Shown: positions 18,520 through 28,935, counted from the stretch's first letter. The stretch is DNA of 64,000 bases from Candidatus Bathyarchaeota archaeon (GCA_963807605.1 CAWECG010000003.1:608001-672000); one strand, 5' to 3'. Numbers and translations: made by a program. The notes: generated from the letters alone by a model not told the origin.

Positions 18520-19458
18520 CTAATTTGTCAATTCACGTTGCTCTCTTGCTCTAGCCAATCCTGTTGTCAGTTCCTTTATGGTCTGGGCTGAATGGCTTTG
18601 GGGATAAGAAAAAACCATATACCGAACGCCGAGCCTCTCAAGTTCATCGACGTATTTGGGTAGCTCATTTTGCCTCTTGAGTATGGAGAATCTATCGGTA
18701 ATTCCTGAGGGAATCGACTTTAGAACAGATCCGTCGATAGGTCTTGTATTGAGCTCTCTTCTTAAAGGCTCAAGGGTTTCCAACAATGAGAATTCTCTCA
18801 GGACCTCGTTTGACGCTCCCAGAGCTACCGCGGCTGAAGCAAATTGGAGTATCCGGTAGATCTCTGGCTTGTACCTTTCATACACGTATGATGGCGCATA
18901 AACACCAAGTGAGCCAAGCCTCTCACCGCCAACCTCTCTGATTACATTCAGAGCCCATTCGACCATTTCAGGAGATGAGTAATTTAGGAGAACTCCATCA
19001 AAAGAGGACGCGATCCTGAGGAGTCTCGGACCTTGAGCTCCAAGCCATATCTTGCATTGAATATCACGGCTCGCGAGGATGTCGGAGATCTCTCGTCTTG
19101 AATTAACTAGGTATTGGGGTATGTCCTTGTAAGTGTCAAGATCGATGCCGACTCGCCTAAGTTCGTCTCTGTCTCCAGGACCTATGCAGAGGTCAAAACG
19201 TCCACCGTAAGATTCTATCAATGTGATCAGGGAGCTTGCGATTTGTTGTGGCTTATGTAGGAAAGGGCTGATCAGGCCTAAGCCTATTCTGATCCTGGAG
19301 GTTGTTGACGCAATAGCGGAAGCGATGACTGGCGCGTATCTCTGACTGGGAAGATCCGACACCCAAATATAATCGAGTCCGAGGCGTTCGGCCTCAAGAC
19401 TCTTCGTTATGGAATTGGGTGCAGGGTCATTCACATTCAGGCTTAGGCCAAAATTCAT
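18520..19458 (-). CDS. LLM-class (Mer-like, probably F420-dependent) oxidoreductase
   Basis: AE.LG.D..W, T.RI.IG.G, GRF.L.IGPGD, GAQGPRLL...DGVLLN. Confidence 0.85.
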   Translation of the reverse strand: MNFGLSLNVNDPAPNSITKSLEAERLGLDYIWVSDLPSQRYAPVIASAIASTTSRIRIGLGLISPFLHKPQQIASSLITLIESYGGRFDLCIGPGDRDELRRVGIDLDTYKDIPQYLVNSRREISDILASRDIQCKIWLGAQGPRLLRIASSFDGVLLNYSSPEMVEWALNVIREVGGERLGSLGVYAPSYVYERYKPEIYRILQFASAAVALGASNEVLREFSLLETLEPLRRELNTRPIDGSVLKSIPSGITDRFSILKRQNELPKYVDELERLGVRYMVFSYPQSHSAQTIKELTTGLARAREQRELTN

Positions 19459-20438
19459 GCTCTCTTTTTCCAAACCTTCGCGACCTCCTCTATAGCATCC
19501 CGTTGGTCCCTTCCGTACGGAGGGCCGAAAACTACCTCGTCAACCCCAAGCTTGGAATAGTCGAGGAAGCTATCACAGATGCTTTCAGCATCCCCGCTTA
19601 TGCAGAACTGGTCGACCAACCGATCACTAACATTCTTTGCCGCGCCTTCGATTCCAGACCTTTTCATCTCAGCTCGGATTGTGTTAACCTCATTCTCAGC
19701 AATTCCACCCATTTCAAGAACTGAGTCAGGTGTGTCAGCCGCAACAATTGCTACGGTCTTCTTGACTATCTCTAAGTTGCTTCTGTCGTGTAGAAGGATC
19801 GTCGGATTCCAAAGGCAGAAACAGAATCTGGAGCGGTTGAGTCCTAAAGCTTCGCGTCTGGCCAAGACTAGCTTGATTGATTCTTCGATGTATCTCTTCG
19901 GACCGCTAAGAATAAGGCCGTCTGAGATGTCGGCTGCCAAGGCTAAGAGCTTCGGGCCTCTGACCCCCATGAAGATTGGGATCTCTTCTGCATTGGCGAA
20001 TTTCGGCTTATAGTCCCTCAGACCGTATTCCCCATTGCTTAAAGGTACGTCCTGACCCCGCCATACTGACCTTAAGAGCTCAACCGTTCTCCTCATCAAC
20101 TCTACAGGTTTCTCTATTCGAATTCCCATTCTGGCAAGATCCTGGATGCCGCCCACCCCTAAGCCGAGCCTGAACCTACTTGGTGATATCTCATTAAGCG
20201 TCACTGCAGCTCTTGCTACTGTTGTTATGTTTCGGATGAGCGGGCTGGTCACACCAATTCCCACTTTCAATCTTTTAGTCTTTAGCAGTAGTAGGCTGAC
20301 TGCGGTGAAGATCTCCTGAGGCCGACCTATGTCTTCTCCTACCCAGCTCCCGTAGAAGCCTAGGTTGTCGGCTCTTTCAGCAACCCACCTTATCTTATTG
20401 ACAGAGGCGCTAGTGGTCAGACCTACACTCAAGTTCAT
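19455..20438 (-). CDS. LLM-class (Mer-like, probably F420-dependent) oxidoreductase
   Basis: GIGVTSP.IR, RF.LGLG.G, GPKLL.LA..I.DG, GVDEVVFGPP.G; stop overlaps next start (ATGA). Confidence 0.88.
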   Translation of the reverse strand: MNLSVGLTTSASVNKIRWVAERADNLGFYGSWVGEDIGRPQEIFTAVSLLLLKTKRLKVGIGVTSPLIRNITTVARAAVTLNEISPSRFRLGLGVGGIQDLARMGIRIEKPVELMRRTVELLRSVWRGQDVPLSNGEYGLRDYKPKFANAEEIPIFMGVRGPKLLALAADISDGLILSGPKRYIEESIKLVLARREALGLNRSRFCFCLWNPTILLHDRSNLEIVKKTVAIVAADTPDSVLEMGGIAENEVNTIRAEMKRSGIEGAAKNVSDRLVDQFCISGDAESICDSFLDYSKLGVDEVVFGPPYGRDQRDAIEEVAKVWKKRA

Positions 20439-20455
20439 TGCTGCCAGATGCCTAT

Positions 20456-20812
20456 TCAGTATGAGTAAGCTTCTATGGGGTTGCTCAGAAGTGGCTTCAG
20501 TTTCTCCCAAGCTTTCTCGAAGGTGTCAAAGTACCACCATTCATCATTTCCGCCCACAAAGTAGGTCTTTTTGGTTGGGTCGAGAATTCTATCGCATATG
20601 TTGATGCAATACCTGCTTCCTGACTTCGCTACGAAGATGAAGCCGCCATTTTTGAATCCCTTAACATCTCCAACTATTCTTATTCCCTCGTCCAGATCCA
20701 TCCCCTGCATTAGGGAGGTTAGGGCTTCAAGACTCTCTATCCTGCGCTCAGAATATGGTAAGAGCCTCTTTCCGTGAATATGAGTCGTATGCTTGTCGTC
20801 TGACAATTCCAT
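20456..20812 (-). CDS. Hypothetical protein
   Basis: ORF co-oriented directly upstream of the LLM pair; start uncertain. Confidence 0.55.
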   Translation of the reverse strand: MELSDDKHTTHIHGKRLLPYSERRIESLEALTSLMQGMDLDEGIRIVGDVKGFKNGGFIFVAKSGSRYCINICDRILDPTKKTYFVGGNDEWWYFDTFEKAWEKLKPLLSNPIEAYSY

Positions 20813-20872
20813 GCAACTTGTATTTTTTGTACAGACCATACTCATAAACTATGATCGAAACAAGAAATGCGC

Positions 20873-21102
20873 GCGTGGTGTTGTAAATATCGGCATGGAC
20901 GCGAGCATCATAGATTGCGGAAATACCGCCTCGAAGTTCTTTTCCACACGAGGTTTGCGCTGACTATGGAATTATGAATACTGAGAACTTGTGCAACCTA
21001 AACAAGGTAGCGGGAAAACGGTTCACCTACGTTGGTTTACCTCTAAAGATCCGCGGAGGGACCGGCTCACCCATACGCGCCGTAGCACTCCTAGAAACAT
21101 AA
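20873..21102 (+). pseudogene. Cyclase/kynurenine formamidase family C-terminal remnant
   Basis: GVVNIGMDASIID, then after a frameshift HEVCADYGIMNTENLCNLNKVAGKRFTYVGLPLKIRGGTGSPIRAVALLET*. Confidence 0.8.
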
Positions 21103-21517
21103 TTGTTTAGAGCAAAGCTAATGCGAAATGGAAGACCACGTATTAGTGACCTTCCAAACTTCTTTTTCCAGAAGTCTCTGACTCACGATAGCAGGGTCAT
21201 TCCTATTGGTGGCAACAACTGAGGAAACCAAAGCTTCATGTACCAAATGAGTAGGCATAGTAGCATTTCAGATAAAGGAAATCCCTTGCTTCATGTCCAA
21301 GGATGGATGAATGAGCGATGCTATGTGACAACTGCGTACACACTAGGGCTTACTGCCCGAGAGGGATAACAGCACCTAAAGAAGTCGACCAATGCCATTA
21401 CTACATAGCACAAATCATTGAGGTCAATGAATCACTAGAATCGTCACAACAATACTCTGCGCCACAAACAGATGACCCACTCACCCGCTAACGTCGCAGG
21501 GGCCGGTAACGGATTTA

Positions 21518-21533
21518 GTAACAGTCTGAAGCG
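21518..21533 (+). repeat. 16-bp direct repeat, copy 2 (GTAACAGTCTGAAGCG)
   Basis: Matches 18459-18474 at 15/16. Confidence 0.45.
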
Positions 21534-21774
21534 TGACTTAACATGAAAGACTGCGACGCGCGCGCAAAGACACTGACAGAAATCAGAAGAATGACCTACA
21601 CTTTCATTCTGTGAAGGTTTGAGTACATCATTCTAGCCGCTGAGCCAACTGATGACGAGATTATTTTAGAGGCAACTCGCTGCTAATCGATGAGTTCATC
21701 AGCTAGGTGTGAAGGGCCTGATAGCGGGAAGACTTTAAAATACCACCAGCGAACGGAACTTTGCCTGCGACGAG

Positions 21775-22653
21775 TTGACTGGTATGAGAAACAAATTGGT
21801 AAGCCTGAGGGAAGCAGCCAACAACATCAAGGACAAGGATAGAGTCGTAATTGGCGGATTGACTATTCACAGAAAACCGATGAGTCTAATTCATGAACTT
21901 GTTAGACTGAAAAAGAAAGGGCTGAAGCTTCTGACTCTCGGCGGTGGCCCCGACATAGACTTGCTGATTGCTTCAGGAGCAGTTGACACTGTCGAGGCTG
22001 CCTATGTGGGCTTCGAGATCCTTGGTTTCGCGCCCAACTTCAGAAAGGCTGTAGAGTCTAGAGAGGTCAGGTTCACTGAACATACAGAGTATTCCATTAT
22101 GGCGGGCCTGCAAGCCAGCGTATTTGAGGCGGAGTTCATACCGAGCAAGATCCTGATTGGAACCGATCTTCTGAAGGGACTAGGCTACACGACCTTCAAG
22201 AGCCCCCTCTCAGGAGAATTACTCGTCGCCTATCCCAGAATAACACCTGACGTAGCGATCATCCACGTCCAGAGGTGCGATAAGTACGGCAACGCGGAGC
22301 TTGAAGGGATAACCGCCATCGATTTTCAATTGGCCAAGGCAGCGAAAGAGGTCATAGTCACAGCCGAAGAGATTGTTCCTGTCAAAGAACTTATGAAAGT
22401 CCCTGCGAGAACAAGTCTCGCCTCCACCTTTGTCGATTTCGTAGTTCATTCCCCTTACGGGGCTCATCCGACGAGCTGCTATCCTTACTATACCTACGAT
22501 CTCTGGCACTTGATCTCTTACATTGACTCCTCACGAAGCGGGAAGGTGGAAGATTACCTACAAAGATACATAAGAGGTGTGGAGTCCTTCGAGTCCTACC
22601 TTTCTGCGGTCGGAGAAAAGTCCATGAAAAGGTTGAGAATAAGGGTCGGGTGA
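21775..22653 (+). CDS. Family I CoA-transferase subunit A (glutaconate CoA-transferase-like)
   Basis: IGG...HRKPM, APNFR.AVE, PDVAIIHVQRCD.YGN, PYGAHPT...YY.YD. Confidence 0.9.
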   Translation: MTGMRNKLVSLREAANNIKDKDRVVIGGLTIHRKPMSLIHELVRLKKKGLKLLTLGGGPDIDLLIASGAVDTVEAAYVGFEILGFAPNFRKAVESREVRFTEHTEYSIMAGLQASVFEAEFIPSKILIGTDLLKGLGYTTFKSPLSGELLVAYPRITPDVAIIHVQRCDKYGNAELEGITAIDFQLAKAAKEVIVTAEEIVPVKELMKVPARTSLASTFVDFVVHSPYGAHPTSCYPYYTYDLWHLISYIDSSRSGKVEDYLQRYIRGVESFESYLSAVGEKSMKRLRIRVG

Positions 22654-23492
22654 TGGGATTGAGCGACTTTACGTATGATGAGTTGATGATCGTCTGCATG
22701 GCTCGGGAGGTTCGAAACGGGGACTTGGCAATTCAGGGACTGACAACGCCCATGGCCATTATCGCGTACTACCTAGCCAGAGCGACACACGCACCGGATG
22801 CCTCGATTATGCAACTGGCAGGAAATATTCTGATTCATTCTGATGAGCCTCTTATAGTCTCGATACTTTACAACGAGCTCAGAGCGATGAGAACTGCCGT
22901 GCACTTCGGACCGCAAACAGAGGTCTACGAGGCGATATTCAAGAAGGCGAAATCCATTGTAGAATTCTTCAGGCCTGCCCAGATCGACATGCATGGAAAT
23001 ACAAACAACTCATTCATCGGGAGAGAGAAATCCAGACTTAGACTCCCAGGAGGATTCGGGATTCCAGATGTATCTGCAATCTACCCAAGAACCCTATATT
23101 ACTGCCCCCGACACGAGAAGAGAGTCTTTGTTGAACACGTCGACTATGTAGGCGGCTTAGGATTGAACAAGGGTGAAGTTCCAGAGAGCCATAGGGAGAT
23201 CCATGTCGTATCCGAACTTGGAGTCTTCAAAGTCGAGCCTGAGATGACAGGAATGATGGTATCAAGCATTCATCCCGGAGTCGACCTTGAACAGATAAAG
23301 GAGAATACGGGATTTGAAATGCTACTTCCAAGCGTGGTTCCCCAGACAGTTCCTCCAACTGACTTGGAACTGAAGCTCATTCGAGAGAAGATAGATCCGT
23401 TGAATGTCAGACGACTTGAACTACTCGCTGGCGGTGAGCGAACGAAAGCCTTACTGGAGTTGTTAGAGAAGGAGCTGGCTTCGCCCAGATAG
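22650..23492 (+). CDS. Family I CoA-transferase subunit B (glutaconate CoA-transferase-like)
   Basis: ELMI...ARE, AQID..GN.N, RLPGG.G.PD, S.HPGV....I.ENTGF. Confidence 0.88.
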   Translation: MMGLSDFTYDELMIVCMAREVRNGDLAIQGLTTPMAIIAYYLARATHAPDASIMQLAGNILIHSDEPLIVSILYNELRAMRTAVHFGPQTEVYEAIFKKAKSIVEFFRPAQIDMHGNTNNSFIGREKSRLRLPGGFGIPDVSAIYPRTLYYCPRHEKRVFVEHVDYVGGLGLNKGEVPESHREIHVVSELGVFKVEPEMTGMMVSSIHPGVDLEQIKENTGFEMLLPSVVPQTVPPTDLELKLIREKIDPLNVRRLELLAGGERTKALLELLEKELASPR

Positions 23493-23557
23493 TTCCTGAC
23501 GAGTAACATGCTTTGCAGAGGCGTTCACACTTTGGAAACAGTGAGGCGAGGAGAATA

Positions 23558-24379
23558 ATGGTGCAGGTTGCAGTTGTTAAGGGTGAAAGGTCTTTAGAGA
23601 CCGTTAGGAAGGCACTCAGCGCTTTCGATATCCAAAGCAGGTTAGCTGGCAAACCTGTACTAATAAAGGTAAATTTCATAACGACCAAGACATGGGAGAC
23701 AGGAGCAACAACCGACCCGATTATTGTAGAAGCATTGATCCAAGAAATCGGAAAGTTCAACGATAGGATATACGTTGTGGAGTCTGATGCGACCGTTACA
23801 AGGGTCGACCGGGCCGCCGAAGTCACTGGAATGTTGGAATTATGTCAGAGATATGGTATTTCATTCATAAACTTGAGCAAACTAAAGGAGAAGGTGACCG
23901 TCAAGATTCCCGATCACGAAACCTTGGACAAGATTACTGTTCCAAAACTCGTCTTGGAGAGCCACATTGTGAATGCTGCGAAGATGAAGACTCACGGGGA
24001 CACAACCGTCACCTTGGGCCTTAAGAATATGTTTGGATTGTTACCGGATAGATTCAAGGGCAAATACCACATCAAGGGTATCGGGAAGGTAATAGTAGAC
24101 ATAAACACTGTAATCAAACCCTCATTCGTGATCATCGACGGATTTGTGGCGATGGAAGGGAGTGGACCGGTCAGCGGGGATCCTGTAAAGATGGATCTGG
24201 TGCTGGCGGGTGAAGATGTTGTTGCAACAGATGCGACAGCAGCCAGAGTGATGGGGTTTGATCCGAAAAGGATCTTCCACATAAGGCGTTCTTACGAGAA
24301 GGGACTTGGAGAGATTGATCAGATTCAAGTTGTTGGAGAAAGATTGGAAGACGTAAAGAGAATCTTCAAACCACCATGA
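23558..24379 (+). CDS. DUF362 domain protein
   Basis: VLIK.N, ATTDP, KMKTH...VTLGLKN.FG, DG..AMEG.GP, D.VA.D. Confidence 0.88.
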   Translation: MVQVAVVKGERSLETVRKALSAFDIQSRLAGKPVLIKVNFITTKTWETGATTDPIIVEALIQEIGKFNDRIYVVESDATVTRVDRAAEVTGMLELCQRYGISFINLSKLKEKVTVKIPDHETLDKITVPKLVLESHIVNAAKMKTHGDTTVTLGLKNMFGLLPDRFKGKYHIKGIGKVIVDINTVIKPSFVIIDGFVAMEGSGPVSGDPVKMDLVLAGEDVVATDATAARVMGFDPKRIFHIRRSYEKGLGEIDQIQVVGERLEDVKRIFKPP

Positions 24380-24427
24380 TCGGTGAATGGCGGTCTACCG
24401 AAAGCTTCTGGAAGAGAATTTGTGCAT

Positions 24428-25804
24428 CTAGTGATGGGTTTCAGTTAAGAGTTCGTGATGTTTAACTAATGCGTAAAGTGCTGCTACAGCTCTTTCCGGA
24501 GATGAGAAAACGGGGATCCCCATTGAGTGCATCCTTGCTTTCTCGGAATCTTCAACTTCAGCGCCACCAACGTAGCAGACGACCACTGGTTTATCGGTCT
24601 TTCCCACGACGTTTTTCACTGCATCCGCGGCACGAGGAAGGGGATCTGCAAAGATCGGGATGAATGCGTTGATATTATTATCACCAAGATTCTCTTGCAT
24701 CACCAACTGGAACATCTCGGACGTAGTAGTGGTCAAATCGAGCGGGTTACCAATAATACAGCGACTTGGAAGGAGTCTGTGCAATCGTTCCTCTGTACTT
24801 TTGGATATCCGCGGAAGCTCTAGTCTCAGCTTGTCAAGCAGATCTGCGGCGAGAATACCGGCGCCGCCTGAGGATGTTATAACGAGTACTCCTCGACCTT
24901 TGGGCGTCGGCAAGAATGAAAGGGCTTTCGTGAAGTCGTAGAGCTCTTCGAGGCTGCTCGCACTCATGATGCCCGACTGCTTCAATGCCGCTTCGAAGAT
25001 TTCACTGCTCCCCGACAACGATTTTGTATGCGAAGCCGCCGCCCTGATACCTAATTCAGTCCTGCCCCCCTTCAGAATCACAATAGGCTTCTTCTCGGCG
25101 ACTTTTGATGCGACTTCAATGAATTTTCTTCCATCTTCTATGCCTTCAACATACATTGCTATTGCTTTGGTGTGAGGGTCGTCTGCCAGATATGGAAGCA
25201 GATCTATCTCGTTCACATCAATTCGGTTTCCAAGAGAGATGCACTTGCTTACACCGATATCTTCTTTCTCGGCCCAACACTCAAGGGCTGTGCCAACCAG
25301 ACCGCTCTGAGTTATTATTCCAATGGGCCCCCTCTTCCTAACCCGAACCCACATGGACATTCCAGCATAGGGATTGTCTACACCAATGCAGTTCGGGCCT
25401 ACCACACGGATTCCTGTCTCGCGAATAATATTGATTAGAGCCTTCTCCAGTTCTTCACCCTCTTTTCCTATTTCGCGAAAACCGCCAGAAATGATAACTG
25501 CAGACTTTACCCTCTTCCGACCGCATTGTCTCAATATTTCTGGGACGAAGGTCGATGGCACAACGACCACTGTCAGATCCACAGCGTCGGAAATGTGCTC
25601 AAGAGAGGCGTATGTCTGAAGGGAGAGAATCTCTTCTACATTAGGATTAACTGGAAATATCTTGCCTCTGAATCCTGATTCAATAATATTTTTGAGAATT
25701 AGGTACCCTGTTTTTTCCGGATCTCTAGATGCACCAACGATGGCAATAGATTTCGGTTCAAAAATGGCTCTTATCGCTTCGTCATTCATGCGACTGCTCT
25801 CCAT
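24428..25804 (-). CDS. ADP-forming acyl-CoA synthetase alpha subunit (no ATP-grasp domain)
   Basis: IAIVGASR.P.K.G, VVGPNC.G, TQSG, AASHT, SSGG.G, NPLDL. Confidence 0.9.
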   Translation of the reverse strand: MESSRMNDEAIRAIFEPKSIAIVGASRDPEKTGYLILKNIIESGFRGKIFPVNPNVEEILSLQTYASLEHISDAVDLTVVVVPSTFVPEILRQCGRKRVKSAVIISGGFREIGKEGEELEKALINIIRETGIRVVGPNCIGVDNPYAGMSMWVRVRKRGPIGIITQSGLVGTALECWAEKEDIGVSKCISLGNRIDVNEIDLLPYLADDPHTKAIAMYVEGIEDGRKFIEVASKVAEKKPIVILKGGRTELGIRAAASHTKSLSGSSEIFEAALKQSGIMSASSLEELYDFTKALSFLPTPKGRGVLVITSSGGAGILAADLLDKLRLELPRISKSTEERLHRLLPSRCIIGNPLDLTTTTSEMFQLVMQENLGDNNINAFIPIFADPLPRAADAVKNVVGKTDKPVVVCYVGGAEVEDSEKARMHSMGIPVFSSPERAVAALYALVKHHELLTETHH

Positions 25805-25813
25805 CGATTGAGT

Positions 25814-26815
25814 CTACATACTTCTAGCTCGAGCAACCAAGTATTGGGCAAATTCTCTTACTCCCTTTCCTACGGAGTATTGAGGTCCGTATCCAAGTTC
25901 TTGCTGAGCCTTTGTCAAATTGCCCGGTCCTCTGATTGGCGTCTGCTTGGAGATCATGGGCCAGTAACCGGGTCCGACGTGAATCTGGGCATCTGGAATG
26001 GCCTCTTTCGCTGCCGCGGCAACCTCCCTGACAGTGACTAATCGTCCACCGTCAATGTTGAATACATCGTGTTTGGAGTTCCTAGTCTTGATTGACAGAA
26101 ATACGGCTTGAGAAAGATCCTTGACATAGGTGTAATTGATTGGATGGTCTCCACCCTGCTCCAAGATGAACGGTTGCTTCTTGACCACCCTATCGAGGAT
26201 GATGGAGACGGGGTTTTGAACAGTTATCTGTCCTGGCCCGTACACCCATGACGGCCTGAGAATTAAAGTGGACAAGCCGTAGAGTTGATTGAAGGACTTA
26301 ACGATTGTTTCCGCCATCATCTTGTGGGAAGCGTATATTCCACAGATCGATTGTGGGACTTCTTCCTCCTTTATCGGTGAAAGATCTTCGCAGTGGAGAT
26401 TGCCGTATACACTCTGTGAACTAACATAGATCAGACGTAAATCTCTCAGCCTTGAAGCTTCAGCTACATTCAAGGTTCCCTTGACATTGACCTCAAATGA
26501 ACCGGCTGGATCATTTCTACATGCGACCTCTGAGGGAATGGCGGCGGTATGAACTATCTCCGTAATGGAGTATTGATCGATTGTCCTTAGCAGATCGTCA
26601 AGTTTCCTTACATCGCCCTTTACAACAGGTGTTTGCCAGCCCTCGATGAAGTCTATTGGACGAGGACTAAGATCGGAACAGACAACATTAGCACCCTCAT
26701 CGGAAAGCTTCTTGGCGGTGTATGCTCCAACAAGACCTGTTCCTCCTGTTATCAGAATAGAAGATTTGGGTTCTGCAGCAATAGATCTTACCCGTTGGCT
26801 TGATTTTATCGACAA
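25814..26815 (-). CDS. NAD-dependent epimerase/dehydratase family protein
   Basis: ITGGTGLVG, HTAA, YASHK, VYGPG, YV.D. Confidence 0.87.
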   Translation of the reverse strand: MSIKSSQRVRSIAAEPKSSILITGGTGLVGAYTAKKLSDEGANVVCSDLSPRPIDFIEGWQTPVVKGDVRKLDDLLRTIDQYSITEIVHTAAIPSEVACRNDPAGSFEVNVKGTLNVAEASRLRDLRLIYVSSQSVYGNLHCEDLSPIKEEEVPQSICGIYASHKMMAETIVKSFNQLYGLSTLILRPSWVYGPGQITVQNPVSIILDRVVKKQPFILEQGGDHPINYTYVKDLSQAVFLSIKTRNSKHDVFNIDGGRLVTVREVAAAAKEAIPDAQIHVGPGYWPMISKQTPIRGPGNLTKAQQELGYGPQYSVGKGVREFAQYLVARARSM

Positions 26816-26982
26816 TCTCCTCTATGTTCACATAATAGGTTAGCGCTCCAACGCAAACTGGGCCTTCTAGGTTTATGGCCCGACATGGTGGGCAGTTGCT
26901 ACAACCAGTCCCGACTGTCAGCCCGAATCTTCTTTTCCGTCCTGCTAATTCGAACGAGTTAAATAACAATGATTAGGGTTTA

Positions 26983-28176
26983 TTGCCCGGGAGTCAGGGA
27001 CGCGGTTTGGTTTCGAAAGTCTATTTCACTGATATGAGATCGAAGAAAGCTGACCAGGCGGTTACTAAGAAGATAAAGAACCTCTTTGATGCGTCTGCAA
27101 TCAAGGATGTCATATCGCAAGGCGACTTGGTCGCATTGAAGGTTCATTTCGGCACGGGTGAAAACCAAAGACATCTGAGGCCTGAGCACATTAGAGCCGT
27201 AGTCGAGAAGGTTCAGGAAGCCGGTGGTAAGCCCTTCGTTACAGAGACTACTGGGATGGGGTTAGCGGCAATCAGGGGAACGGCTTTAGGATGTATTAGG
27301 ACGGCTACTATGCACGGCTTCACCCAAGAAACCTTGGGCGCTCCGATAATCGTAGCAGACGGTCTGAAGGGGCTTTCAGGCGTCAAGGTAAAGATTAATG
27401 GAGTCAAGATGAAGCAGTTTGAGATAGCCCAGGCGATAGCCGAATCGGACGCGATGATATCGATCGCTCATGTGAAAGGCCATCCAAGAACAGGGCTTGG
27501 AGCAACCCTCAAGAACATTGGGATTGGATGCCTCACAAAAGTCGGTAAAGCGCCTCTGCACTTGGCAAAGAAACCATCGATAGACCAGAAAAAGTGCAAC
27601 AACTGTGGTTTGTGTCTTTCATTCTGTCCGAGTGGAGCCATTCGACGAACAAAGGGGAAACTGCAGATCATACAAGAGAAGTGCATTTTGGGATGCGGGT
27701 GTTGGGATATCTGTCCTGAGAAAGCAATCATGAGATGGAGTCAACTGCATCACCCGAGGAACAGGGAACTTGTTATCCGTAACGTCGATGCGGCTGCTGC
27801 CGTGATCAGACTTCTCGGGAGAGATAAGCTGGCATATTTCAACTTGGCATATGATATAACTCCACACTGCGACTGTGCTGACTACGGTGACGTCCCGATG
27901 GTACCTGATATAGGCGTGTTCGCATCGAAGGATCCTGTTGCTATTGACAGAGCGAGCTCTGACGCTATCATCAATGCTCCAGGGATCAAAGGATCCGCTG
28001 CAGAGGAGATAGGTGCTATGAACCCCGGAGAAGATAAGTTCGCTAAACTATCTGACTGGCAACCCTTTGAAATCTTCAAGAATACCGATCAAACAAGAGA
28101 GTGGAGAACTCAGCTAGAGATCGGGGAAAGGCTAGGTCTCGGAACGCAAAAATACAAACTGATACCAATAGAGTAA
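26983..28176 (+). CDS. DUF362 protein with 2x[4Fe-4S] ferredoxin domain
   Basis: VALKVHFG, IVADGLKG, H.KGH....G..LKN..IGC, CNNCGLC..FCP, C.LGC.C..ICP, P.CDC, DPVAID. Confidence 0.9.
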   Translation: MPGSQGRGLVSKVYFTDMRSKKADQAVTKKIKNLFDASAIKDVISQGDLVALKVHFGTGENQRHLRPEHIRAVVEKVQEAGGKPFVTETTGMGLAAIRGTALGCIRTATMHGFTQETLGAPIIVADGLKGLSGVKVKINGVKMKQFEIAQAIAESDAMISIAHVKGHPRTGLGATLKNIGIGCLTKVGKAPLHLAKKPSIDQKKCNNCGLCLSFCPSGAIRRTKGKLQIIQEKCILGCGCWDICPEKAIMRWSQLHHPRNRELVIRNVDAAAAVIRLLGRDKLAYFNLAYDITPHCDCADYGDVPMVPDIGVFASKDPVAIDRASSDAIINAPGIKGSAAEEIGAMNPGEDKFAKLSDWQPFEIFKNTDQTREWRTQLEIGERLGLGTQKYKLIPIE

Positions 28177-28278
28177 GAGATTGCACACAAGTTCCATTGA
28201 TCCCTTCTCTCTCGCGTGCGCGTACTGTTTTCTCTCAAAAAATCTAAACATGCGTTAGAATCGGGATTGTCGGTTCAC

Positions 28279-28926
28279 ATGTCCAAGATTAGTGAGACGA
28301 TAAAGGAAGCTTTGTTATCTTTTGATCAAGATAGACTGGTTGAAGTGACAAGGAAAGGTCTGGATGAAGGTCATAGCCCGCAGGAAATCATCAACGCACT
28401 CACAACTGCCCTGAAAGAGGTTGGTGAGAAATTCGAAAAAGGCGAATTTTTCCTTGCGGAATTGGTTACTGCTGGTGAAGCTGCCAGAACGGTCATTTCG
28501 GAATACTTGAAACCTCTTCTTAAGAAATCAGGGATGACCGGTGAGGCTATTGGAAAGATCGCTATAGGAACCGTCGCCGGAGACATACACGATATAGGCA
28601 AGGGCATAGTTGCTTCGATGCTTTTCATAGCCGGGTTTGAAGTGATAGATCTGGGGGTTGATGTACCCATCGAGAAGTTTCTCCAGGTTGTAAGGGAGAA
28701 CACGCCAGACATCTTAGCTATGTCTGCTCTGCTGAGCACCACTATTCCAGTACAGAGAGAAGTGATTGAAGCTCTCGAACAGAACAAGTTGCGGGAGAAA
28801 CTGAAGGTGATAGTCGGTGGTTCCGCTGTAACAAAGGAGTGGGCTGAAGAGATAAATTCAGATGGTTATGCTGAAGATGCAAGCGGAGCGGTGAAGCTCG
28901 TCAAGAGGTTACTTAGAGATCAGTGA
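28279..28926 (+). CDS. Corrinoid (cobalamin-binding) methyltransferase cognate protein, MttC/MtbC-like
   Basis: GTV.GDIHDIGK, DLG.DVP, MSALL, VIVGG, DGYAEDA. Confidence 0.93.
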   Translation: MSKISETIKEALLSFDQDRLVEVTRKGLDEGHSPQEIINALTTALKEVGEKFEKGEFFLAELVTAGEAARTVISEYLKPLLKKSGMTGEAIGKIAIGTVAGDIHDIGKGIVASMLFIAGFEVIDLGVDVPIEKFLQVVRENTPDILAMSALLSTTIPVQREVIEALEQNKLREKLKVIVGGSAVTKEWAEEINSDGYAEDASGAVKLVKRLLRDQ

Positions 28927-28935
28927 GGGGAGCTT

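Noticed and set aside
21645-21710. Hammerhead ribozyme (CTGATGA)
   Set aside because: No GAAA core or supporting stems; only a CTGATGA/TCATCAG inverted repeat.
26835-26930. Cobalamin riboswitch or ferredoxin remnant (CSNCPPC...GPVCVGALTY on the minus strand)
   Set aside because: No B12-box motifs found; the Cys pattern is incomplete and too short to support a call.
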